A stretch of 64,000 bases of DNA. Source: Mustelus asterias (lineage: Eukaryota). Location: NCBI RefSeq assembly GCF_964213995.1, contig NW_027590123.1:682001-746000 (forward strand). Reading direction: 5' to 3'. The first letter of the stretch is position 1; every line of letters begins with the position of its first letter. A program made the translations under genes and the position numbers. The notes under the pieces are model-generated. The model was given only the letters and a program-made list of their open reading frames with translations, did no database searches and was not told the origin of the DNA. This document shows positions 24,571 through 34,892 of the stretch, piece after piece.

Positions 24571-25889
24571 ACAGCAAATCCACATGCAGCAATGTTTACA
24601 TATCGGTCCGAGGCTTCAAAATCGGCAGAAACATGGTCAAAACATTTTAGTGAGGAAATGTTGCATAATTAAAATTTTCTCTACTCACTTACAGTAATTC
24701 TACTTTGCCTTGAATTGAGTTAACCTGCTGTGTTGGAATTCGAACCCTGGTTCCCAAAGCTTCAGCCTGCTTCTCTGCTTTATCAATCCAGCGTCAACAA
24801 CATGACTCGAAACCGTACCCCTCCCGCCAGTGAATCCACGATTGAATATTACCTGAATGTAGTATCTTACAATCATATGACATTGGCCCTTACTTGAGCC
24901 TCAAAATACATTCAGGAAAAGACAAAAGTGCGGAAAATTCACGACAAACTGAGCAGGAAAGAAGACACACCTATTCTGACTCAGCACGCATGTTATCAGT
25001 TTATTCAGTGGCTAAAAGAGCAGGGCAGAGGATGGGAATCCTGTGGGAGTAACTCATCTCCCGACTCCCACAAAACAGTCCACGATCGACGTGGCACAAG
25101 TCAGGAGTGCGATAGAATATTCTCCACTTGTCTGCATGATGCAGGAATCCACCAAAGGCATTTTAGACAGCATCTCCCAAACCCAAGACCGCTTCCACCT
25201 GGCAGCTCCCCTGCCAGCCCCCCCCCCCCCCCCCCCGCCCCCTCTCCCCCCTCCCCCCTCCAACGCCACACAGCCAACACCACACTCAATTCCCTCAGCA
25301 TTCTGATTTGGAAATATATCGCCGTTCCTTCACTGTCATTGGGACAAATTCGTGGACTTCCCGCCCTAACAGCACTGTAAGTGTACCTGTACAAATGGAT
25401 TACAACGTTTCAAGAAGGCAGCTCACCACTACTTTCTCAAGGCTAAATACTGATGGGCAGTGCATGCTGATCTAGCCAGCGACACCCACATGAACAAAAA
25501 GAAACATCCAGGCAGCTCACTGAACCCATAATCATGGGGCCAGCTGAAGAGGTGAATGGAGATAAAATGAACGTCAAGTTACATAGCCAACCCTGTTGAT
25601 CATATCTTTATTTTCGAGCGAGTGTGTTGTGCTGATAGTTTCCTCACAGTTTGTGCTCAGGTTCTCAAACGAAACCCCATGTGGACCAATCCCAAAGTCT
25701 GCAATGCAAAGAAAAAAACAAAATCTGCAGCTCATGAAATCTGATCAAATCTTCGTGAGAGAGGGCGGCACAGTGGCTAGTTCTGCTGGCTCACAATACC
25801 AGGGACCTGGTTTCGATTCTGGGGTTAGTCACTGTCTATGTGGATGGAGATATACAGCTTTTTAAAGTTGCAGCAGTAGCTCACCGATA

Positions 25890-25962
25890 GTCCCAGTAAC
25901 CTAACGCGTAAGGCACTGGCTTCCTAAACCAGGGAGCATGTGTTCGAGTCACTTCTGGGATG
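25890..25962 (+). pseudogene. tRNA-Arg(CCT) pseudogene
   Basis: GTCCCAGTAACCTAACGCGTAAGGCACTGGCTTCCTAAACCAGGGAGCATGTGTTCGAGTCACTTCTGGGATG, with A-box and stem mutations. Confidence 0.8.
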
Positions 25963-26047
25963 CGGCTTATTTTAACACTTAGGTGTCCAACATTGGCAAA
26001 TGCATTTCTTGCCAACTAATCCTGGCTATTTCTGGGCAGATATGTTT

Positions 26048-26366
26048 TGGGTGGTACATTGGTTAGCACTGCCGCCTCAAAACGCCAGGGTCCGAGGTTC
26101 AAATCTGGCATCGGGTCGCTGTCTGTGTGGAGTTTGCACATTCTCCCCGTATCTGCATGGGTTTCCTCCGGGTGTTCCGGTTTCCTCCCATTGTCCAAAG
26201 ATGTGCGGCTCATGTTGATTGACCGTGTTAAATTGGCCCTAGTGTCAGGGGTATTAGCAGGGTGAATGCATGTAGTTCCAGGAGTGGGGCCTGGATGGGA
26301 TTGTGGTCAGTACAGACTTGATGGGCCGAATTGGCCTTGTTCTGTACTCAGGGATTCTATGATTCT
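26048..26366 (+). mobile_element. HE1-like V-SINE
   Basis: Head, V-core and GATTCTATGATTCT tail. Confidence 0.85.
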
Positions 26367-26624
26367 AATGGAACCTTATAACATTCTGACCGGATGAAAC
26401 AGGGTAGATTCAGAAAGAATGTTCACGTTAGTGAGGAGTCCAGGGCTGGGGATTATAGTTTGAGGATAACGGCTGAGATGATGAGACTTCCTTCAGCCAG
26501 AGAGTGGTGAATCTGCAGAGTTCACTCCCACAGAAAGTCGTTGAGGCCAAACACTATGATTTCAAGAGAAGTTTAATATACTCTTGGTGCTAAATGGCGG
26601 ATCAGGGTATTGAATTTGATTATC

Positions 26625-26998
26625 AGGCACGGTAGGGGCGGCACGGCAGCATAGGGGCGGCACGGTAGCACATGGTTAGCACTGCTGCTTCACAGCTCCA
26701 GGGTCCCGGGTTCGATTCCCAGCTCGGGTCACTGTCTGTGTGGAGTTTGCACATTCTCCTCGTGTCTGCGTGGGTTTCCTCCGGGTGCTCCCGTTTCCTC
26801 CCACAGTCCAAAGATGTGCGGGTTAGGTTGATTGGCCAGGTTCAAAATTGCCCCTTAGAGTCCTGAGATGCGTAGGTTAGAGGGATTAGCGGGTAAATAT
26901 GTGGGGGTAGGGATAGGGCCTGGGTGGGATTGTGGTCGGTGCAGACTCGATGGGCCGAATGGCCTCCTTCTGCATGTAGGGTTTCTATGATTCTATGA
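26625..26998 (+). mobile_element. Young HE1-like V-SINE with reiterated 5' end
   Basis: GGCACGGTAGCACATGGTTAGCACTGCTGC...GGTTCGATTCC...TTCTATGATTCTATGA. Confidence 0.9.
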
Positions 26999-27078
26999 AC
27001 AATGAATGGTAGATGATGTTCCAATGATCTACTCCTGCTTCCGATGTTTTGATGTAACAGGGATAAGAAGAAACAGTA

Positions 27079-27159
27079 GGGTTAGTCTCGGATTTCAACT
27101 CGGGATCTCGGTGGTTAAGGCATACCAAAATGCGATTCATACCCCTACACCAAGGAGCC
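27079..27159 (-). pseudogene. Decayed intron-containing tRNA-Pro
   Basis: GGCTCCTTGGTGTAGGGGTATGAATCGCATTTTGG-TATGCCTTAACCA-CCGAGATCCCGAGTTGAAATCCGAGACTAACCC. Confidence 0.7.
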
Positions 27160-27429
27160 TATAAGCAGCCACTGATTGAAAGAAAAGATGCTCTCTTGGC
27201 CATTCAAAGCCGATCAGATAACTGCAGCGAAGGCGGAAGATGCTGCAGAAACTTAGGAATTCAGGCAGAATTTGTGGACAGGGAAACAAAGCTCATCTTT
27301 TACGTCCATGGCCTTTCATTACAACAGGAAAAGGTGAAAAATGTGGGAATTTGAAACGACTGAAACTCAGGAGGGAGGAAATGTAACAACAGGAAGAGTG
27401 TGGAAGTCAGGAGAAATGAAACTATTTGA

Positions 27430-28168
27430 TTTAGTTTTATTTATTATTGTCACATGTATTAGTATGCTGTGAAAAGCATTTTTACTTGCGCGCTATACAG
27501 ACAAAGCGTACTGTTCATAGAGAAGGAAACGGGAGTGCAGAATGTGGTATTGCAGTCACTGTCAGGGTGTAGACAAAGATCAACTTAATGCAAGGTAATG
27601 GCCATTCAAAAGTATGATGGCTGCAGGGAAGAAGCTGTTCTTGAGTCGGCTAGCACGTGACCTCAGACTTCTGTATCTTTGTCTCGAAGGAAGAAGGTGG
27701 AAGAGAGAATGTCCGGGTGCGTGGGGTCCTTAACAATGCTGGCTGCTTTGCCGAGGCAGCAGGAAGCGTAGACAGAATCAATGAATGGGAGGCTGGTTTG
27801 AGTGATGGATTGGACTACATTCACGACCCTTTGTAGTTTATTGCGGTCTTGGGCAGAGCAGGAGCCATACCAAGCTGTGATACAATTAGAAAGAGTGTTT
27901 TCTATGGTGCACCTGTAAATCTTGGTGACAGTCGTAGCTGACATGCCAAATTTCCTAAGTCTTCTGAGAAAGTAGAGGCGTTGATGGGCTTTCTTCACTA
28001 TAGTGTCGGCATGGGAGGCCAGGACAGGTTGTTGGTGATCTGGAGACCTAAAAACCTGAAGCTCTCGACACTTTCTACTTCGTCCCGTTTGATGGAGACA
28101 GGGGCATGTTCTCCTCTACGCTTTCTGAAGTCAATGACAATCTCCGTTTTGTTGACATTGAGGGAGAG
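27430..28168 (-). mobile_element. Rex1/L2-group LINE 3' fragment
   Basis: LNVNKTEIVIDFRK...FRFLG..ITNNLSW...KKAHQRLYFLRRLRKFGMS...YRCTIE. Confidence 0.8.
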
Positions 28169-28264
28169 ATGACAGAAATGAAAAAATACTTTGCGGTTCA
28201 CGGCCTCAGGGTGAGGTCCGCACTAAATCAGAAAATGCGTACACCACAGAATAAGGCCATGCTA

Positions 28265-28885
28265 AGGAATGGCAATATAATTCCAAGTCAGGATGGTGAG
28301 TGACTTGGAGGAGAACTTACAGATGGTGGTGTTCCCATGTGTCTACTACCCTTGTCCTTCTGGATGGAAGTGGTCGTGGGTTTCGAAGGTGCTGTCTAAG
28401 GATCGTTGGTAAATTGCTGCTCTGTATCTTTTAGATAATACACATCGCTGCTCCTGAGCGTCGGTTGTGGCGGGATTGAATGCTTGAGGATGTGGTGCCA
28501 ATCAAGCGGGCTGCTTTGTCCTGGATGATGTCAATCTTCTTGTGTGTTGTTGGAGCTGCACCCATCCAGGCGAGGTGGGAATATTCCATCACGCTCCTGA
28601 CTTGTGCCTTGTAGATGGTGGACAGGCTCTGGGGAGTCAGGCGGTGAGTTATTCGCCACAGTATTCCTGGCCTCTGACCTGCTCTTGTAGCCATTGTGTT
28701 TATGTGGCGAGTCCAATTGAGTATCTGGTCAATGGTAACCGTAAGGATGTTAACAGTGGGGGATTCAGTGATGGAAAATCTATTGACTGTCAAGAGGCGG
28801 TGGTTAGATTTTCTCTTATTGGTGATGGACATTGTCTGGCATTTGTGTGGCGCGAATGTTACATGCCACTTGTCAGCCCAAAGTC
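28265..28885 (-). mobile_element. CR1/L2-group (Crack-like) LINE 3' fragment
   Basis: WADKWHVTFAPHKCQ...IYKAQVRSVMEYS. Older copies at about 53280-54810 and 57690-58420. Confidence 0.8.
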
Positions 28886-29213
28886 TAATATAATGCAGCA
28901 CACTGCGAACTTTCAAAATCTGAAATAAAAACAGAAAATACTGGGTTATGTCAGTATTTCTGGAAGTACCTGTGGAGCGAGAATCAGAACTAACGCTTCC
29001 CGTCCAGCTGTCACGTGGCAGGCGCAGACATGATGGGTGTCCGCGCCTGCCATGTGGGTGTCCGAGTGGGCTCTATCCGTGCTGTAAAATTCTGTGCCTT
29101 TATGACTCTTTTTCGGAGCCAGTCAGCAGAAAGCCATCCCGCCGTTTGCACCTTAAACAAATCAAAATATCTCCTTTTGAACACAATATTTTGGTCAAAA
29201 CGAAACAAATGAG

Positions 29214-29303
29214 GGGCTCGTCCGGGATTTGAACCCGGCACCTCTCGCATGCTAATGGGGCGAGATACCCTAAGCGAGAATCATACCCCTAGACCAACGA
29301 GCC
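29214..29303 (-). tRNA. tRNA-Pro(AGG) with an 18-nt intron at canonical 37/38
   Basis: Exon 1 (29303-29268) GGCTCGTTGGTCTAGGGGTATGATTCTCGCTTAGGG; intron (29267-29250) TATCTCGCCCCATTAGCA; exon 2 (29249-29214) TGCGAGAGGTGCCGGGTTCAAATCCCGGACGAGCCC. One substitution (C48G) versus the canonical sequence. Confidence 0.9.
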
Positions 29304-29872
29304 TGCACGTTAGCAGTCAGCAAAATAAAACTTGTTTAACTTTCTAAAAGGCAGTTCTGACACCTCGAGTGAAAGCCGAAATTGATTCAATAACGCACCG
29401 CATCAGCATTTGTGGACTTTAAGCACCAGCAAAATATCCGTCCAATATTGTTACCTCGACTGTTTGCAACTGGGGGCTTTTGTTTATAAAGTACACATGT
29501 TACAGTCAATAATTTTAACCCAGCGACTTCAACATGTGACAACTCTGAGTCCGCATTTGATATTTGATCACTTTTGAAAGGTGTTGTCTGTCAGACAGTT
29601 AAAATATCTGGAACATTTAAAGTACAGATTGATGACATGGTTCACCTGGGAGATCTGCTGGTTTGTGTGAAAGGATCGGGGAGCGATTGGACTTGATGTG
29701 ATAGTAATATGAATAAAAACATGTCAAATTTCCCAACAGTGACAATCAGTAACCTCAGTGAGAGAAAACACTCAGACGGGGCTGATTGTCACGTTCACTA
29801 TGAGTAAATTTTCTCTGAAGTTTAACCCCATGTGTTGTCCTGACAATGAATCATTGATTATCGACCTGTGCC

Positions 29873-29911
29873 AGATTTTGTCTGAGGCCCGCGGGAGCCT
29901 CGTGTACTGTG
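29873..29911 (-). other. 23-RSS of TCR V segment
   Basis: Heptamer CACAGTA (29911-29905), 23-nt spacer, nonamer ACAAAATCT (29881-29873). Confidence 0.92.
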
Positions 29912-30388
29912 GCTCTCAGTGCACAGTAATACTCGGCGCTGTCTGTCACCTTCAAATCTTTCATGGGCAAGTGAAAAGAATTTTGTTTCAGGTTGAGATT
30001 CCCGCTGCAGTATAAGAAACCTGGAGCCGTTTCGGTACATTGGCGGCTCTGAGCAGTCAATGAGGAGCTCGGTGTGTATACTGGCGATACCAGAACAGGT
30101 AATGTTGCATCGTTAAACTCGATCCCGAGTAACTGCAGGGTATTGCTGAATCTTCACCCTCTGCTGCTTGAACTCCTTGTTTTGACTGGGACACTGAGTC
30201 ACCGTTACTGATGTCTGAAAATAGGCAACAGACACGCAGTGGGTTAGAAGGAGTAACAACAATGGAATAATCCCCTCGAGATGGAAATGGGGAATGAATC
30301 TGGTGACTGGCAGATGTCACGCAGAAGTTCAAAATGACAAACCTGCAATCAGGACAATAACCAGAGTGAGACAGAGTTTCACCCCCAT
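29912..30388 (-). pseudogene. TCR alpha/delta V pseudogene (single frameshift)
   Basis: Leader 30388-30343 (MGVKLCLTLVIVLIA|GT) and intact acceptor TTTTCAG|. V exon 30214-29912 reads DISNGDSVSQSKQGVQAAEGEDSAIPCSYSG..YLFWYRQYTHRAPH*, then shifts frame to ..NSFHLPMKDLKVTDSAEYYCALR. Confidence 0.93.
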
Positions 30389-30634
30389 GGTTCGAGACTG
30401 AACACCAGAAACAGAGAGACTGATCACTGTCTGAATCAGATCTGCAATTGGAGATGTTGAAACAGTCAGGGGGATGCTATGAGGTCCAAGGGGACTCCAT
30501 CTCTCCGCCCATCTTTACATCTTCAAACAGACAATTCCTTTAGAAAGGGGTTGTGAACTTTCATAAGTGATCAGAGAGCGCTCTCCCGTGGACAGCACAG
30601 CCGCATATTGGCAACCTGAAAAGACTGACACTTA

Positions 30635-30860
30635 TAGAGATCATAGAATCATAGAACCCCTAAAGAACAGAAGGAGGCCATTCGGCCCAGAGAGTCTGTA
30701 CCGACCACAATTCCACCGAGGCCCTATTCCGGTAACCGCACACTTAATCTCCCTGACACTAAGGGTCAATTTAGCCTGGCCAATCCACCTAATCCGCACA
30801 TCGTTGGACTGTTGGAGGAAACCACAGCACCCGAGGAAGCCCAGCAGACATGCGGAGAAC
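30635..30860 (-). mobile_element. HE1-like SINE, partial
   Basis: Reverse complement of the SINE tail and part of the core. Confidence 0.75.
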
Positions 30861-31599
30861 AGATACACACACGGTCACGTGGAAAGACCAACACGAATAA
30901 GGATATATAACCATATAGATATATGCCCAGACAGTGACATCAATTCTAACGTCCCTCGTTATAAATCCAGAATTATTCTGCAGATTTCTGACACCTATTA
31001 GTTTGCGTTGCTAACCATGATAATGCATGAATACCTCCACCTCCGTGTTCACTGGAAGCCTCGGATACTGCACAGAATCAACACAGAGGCAAGTAAACTA
31101 AGTGATAGATTCCCAAACCGATCGACTCAAACATAGAGTCATAAAGACATGGAGGCCCTCCGGCCCAACTTGTCCATGCCGCCCTTTTTTGTTTAAACCC
31201 CTCAGCTAATCCCAATTGCCCGCATTTGGCCCATATCCCTCTATACCCTTCGTACCCATATACTATCTAAATGCTTTTTAAAAGATAAACTTGTAACGGC
31301 ATCTACTAATACTTCTGGCAGCTTGTTCCACGAGACACACGGACAATCACTCAGAAAGATAACCAAGCAGATAGCTGGTGATGGTTTCGTAAAACTCCTC
31401 TGAACTTTTTCTCATGCATTAACATATTTCTTAAGATAAGGAGAGAAATAGTGTACACAATATTCGAGATATATCCAATGCCCTCGCCAATGCCCAATTT
31501 TCAGGTCTATCCTTGTGTCGCCAGCAGATATAGCATCCATATCTTCACTGCCTTCATCACTGCAGAAATCATCCCACTTTAATGCTTTTTGACAAATTC

Positions 31600-32830
31600 A
31601 GCCAGAATGCATTTGTTCAGATCAAATCGTTTTTCGTCAACTTGCTTGAGTTTAATGCTGAACAACAGAGATGGTTTGTGAGGGTATTTCTCTTAATGGG
31701 CGTCCAAGGGTCATGTGATATGGTGCTGCATCACAGCTTGTGAGTAAATGTGGAGATCAGAGAATCAAATGGATAGGACGAACACGGATAGGAAATTGGC
31801 TGAGTGCCAGGAAACAACTCATAGCTATTTTTCGGACTGGAACAAAGTTTGTAGTGAAGGTGCCAGGAACAGGTTATATGACTCTTGATCTTCCCGGCAT
31901 AGTAATGGCCGAGAGCTTGGGATGGAGGTCAGACTTTCAAAATCTGTGTCTAATGCAAAACATGGAAACATTGCCAACCATCAGAAGACCGAGCAGAACT
32001 TCAGAACGAAAAAAAAACGAATTTGTGGAATTGTCCTGCAATTGGGAGATTTAATTGATTGCATGTAAAGTTACATGATTAGTTTTGTTAAGCAGAATGT
32101 GAAGAGACAAAGGGAAATGATGAAAACGCTGTGAAAGTGGCGGTAAGACGCCGAGGGACCTGAGTGAATATGTACACAAATCATTCATGGTGGAAGACAG
32201 TTTGAAAGAGCGGAAAATAAAATAGTTAACAGTCTTTGTCTGTTGGAGAAAATAATACAGAAGCAAGGAAGTTATGCTAAATTTGTTAAAAGCACTGGAA
32301 AATAGTCAACTGAAAATTTGCGTCAAATTCTGGGCACCAAACGTAAGGAGAAATGTAAAGTCAATAGGCTGGGTGCAGGGGGAAAATACGAGATTAGTTC
32401 CAGAGATCAGAAACTTCAGTTGCGAAAATATATTTGTGAGGTTCGGGCTGATTTCCTTGACAGGAAGTTGCTGATGTGATCCCATTGAGGCCTTCAAAAT
32501 CCTGAGGGGTCTTGACAGAGTAGATAGAGAGGAATTGTTCAATAGCAGGTGGATTTTGTAACAGAGGGCGCGGGTTGAAGTTAATTGGTGAAAGAAGCAT
32601 GGAGTCATAACGAAAAACATTTTCGGACAGTGACTGATTCAGACCTGCAATCTGCTGTTTCAGAGTATGGTTCAGGGAGCGCCAATTGATGGTTTCAAAA
32701 TGGGATTGGATTATTGTCTGGAATTGAACAAAATGCTGGACTGTCGGGTATAGAGTCTTATTGGATGAATTGCTCCTTAAGAGGACCAGCACATACATGA
32801 TGCTTCAAAATGGCCTTCTTCTCTCCTGTA
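31600..32830 (+). mobile_element. Old, highly decayed CR1
   Basis: RIGNWLS.RKQ and CVKFWAP remnants, with many stops. Confidence 0.6.
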
Positions 32831-34093
32831 AATAGTCTATCAGTATGGAAAATGAAGTCAGTGGCAAAGTGGTAATATCACTGGGAGAGGATTTCTGAGG
32901 GGAGGCAATTTTCTCAAGGTGTATGTTCAAATCTAACTGCAAAAGAACGTGGGTTTTAAAATGCAATTGCAATTTTGAATTTAAACCTCGTTCCGTAATT
33001 GCGGCCAATACAAGTAATATAGCAGATCCTCTAATGCCCAGCAGAAAAGGAAACAATCCATCATTTCCCAGTTTGGCCCATAGCTGACTCCAGGCCCACA
33101 CGTGTTTGGCGTTTACATGCGTTCTGTGATGATCTAGGAAACCAATGAATTCAGAGTACTCGCGACTGCCAAATTATGCTGGACTTGCCAGCTGTGTGTA
33201 CACCCCATGAAAGAATAAGAAACAGCAACGAAAATCAGCATTTCATAACATCTGCTATACCAAAGGACGTCCAGGAGATGGCAGTGAAACCGTGCTCTTT
33301 GGCACGACGCGAAACAGAACGTCTCAGTTATTGCTGCAATAGATGCAGTCTTTATTCATCCTAAACTAGACCCAGTTTATGTGACACAAAATCATATTTC
33401 TGATTACGTGACAATAATTCTCAATTGATTCTCTACTCAGCAAAATCCCAGTTGTCACTATACCGTACCAAGTCCCATTTGATAGTACATTGCTGGAACC
33501 TGCAACGTGTAAAGAAACCTCGACGATACCTCAATCACTGCTGCACCAGTCCACCTCCCTGTTTATACCGAATCATATCCTGTCTCTAATTATTGTTCTA
33601 TTTCATGACTCGTTTATTGCTCTAATGTCCTTGTCAAATCTTTTATCAATCTGAAGCCTTAGTTTGAAATTATTGCATCAGCTTTGTCTCAGTTTATATC
33701 ATACAATGCCCAGAATCAGATTGAACAGTATTTGAACCGATTGAACAGGTGGAGTTTAATTGCGCTAGCTGCTGTGTCCTTTATTAATGCGCCAAACCAT
33801 ACCACTGTTCATTTTACACATTATCCTCTCTCAGTTATTGCTTTACTCTGCATTGCCTCACTTTTTATTCCACTGGGTCACATCTCTGTTTATATCACAC
33901 TAGATTATATCCCTATATTCTAATAGCGTCCATGTGAGATTACATTACACTAGAACCTGTCTCAGTTTAAATTATAGTGCACATTGTCTCTGCTTACATT
34001 GGAATAAACCTTGACTTTGTTACAGCTGCGTAATTCATGTTTCTGTCTATGTGAGAAAACATCACGCTGGTTAGTGCTACGCTATACAAATTC

Positions 34094-34892
34094 CGGACAA
34101 ATGTGAGGTAATGCATTTTGGAAGGTTTAATACAGATAGGAAATTTACAGTAAATGGCAGAACCCTTAGGAGTATTGATAGGCAAAGGGATCTGGGTGTA
34201 CAGGTACACAGGTCACTGAAAGTGGCAATGCAGGTGGAGAAGGTAGTCAAGAAGGCATACGGCATGCTTGCCTTCATCGGCCGGTGTGTTGAGTTTAAAA
34301 ATTGGCAACTCATGTTGACGCTTTATAGAATCTTAGTGAGGCCGCAGTTGGAATGTACGGTCAATTCTGGTCGCCACACTACCAGAAGGATGTGGAGGCT
34401 CTGGAGAGGGTACAGCAAAGACTTACCAGGATGTTGCCTGGTATGGAGGGCATTAGCTATGAGGAGAGGTTGGAGAAACTTGGTTTGTTCTCACTGGAGC
34501 GACGGAGGTTGAGGGGAGATCTGATCGAAGTCTACAAGATTATAAGAGGCATGGACAGAGTGGATAGTCAGAAGCTTTTTCCCAGGGTGGAAGAGTCAAT
34601 TACGCGGGGGCATAGGTTCATGGTGCGAGGGGCAAGTTTTAAAAGAGATGTACGAGGCAGATGTTTTGCACAGAGAGTGCTGGGTGCCTGGTACTCGTTG
34701 CCGGGGGAGGTAGTGGAAGCCGGCACGGTAGTGACTTTTAAGGGGCGTCTAGGAAAGTACATGAGTGAGATGGGAATAGAGGGATATGGTCTTCGGAATC
34801 GTAGGGGGTTTTAGTTAAGTCGGGCAGCATGGTCGATGCAGGCTTGGAGGGCCGAAGTGCCTGTTCCTGTGCTGTAATTTTTCTTTGTTCTA
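34094..34892 (+). mobile_element. CR1 3' fragment
   Basis: KCEVMHFGR, QRDLGVQVHRSLK, LERRRLRGDLIEVYKI; one frameshift near 34355. Confidence 0.92.
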
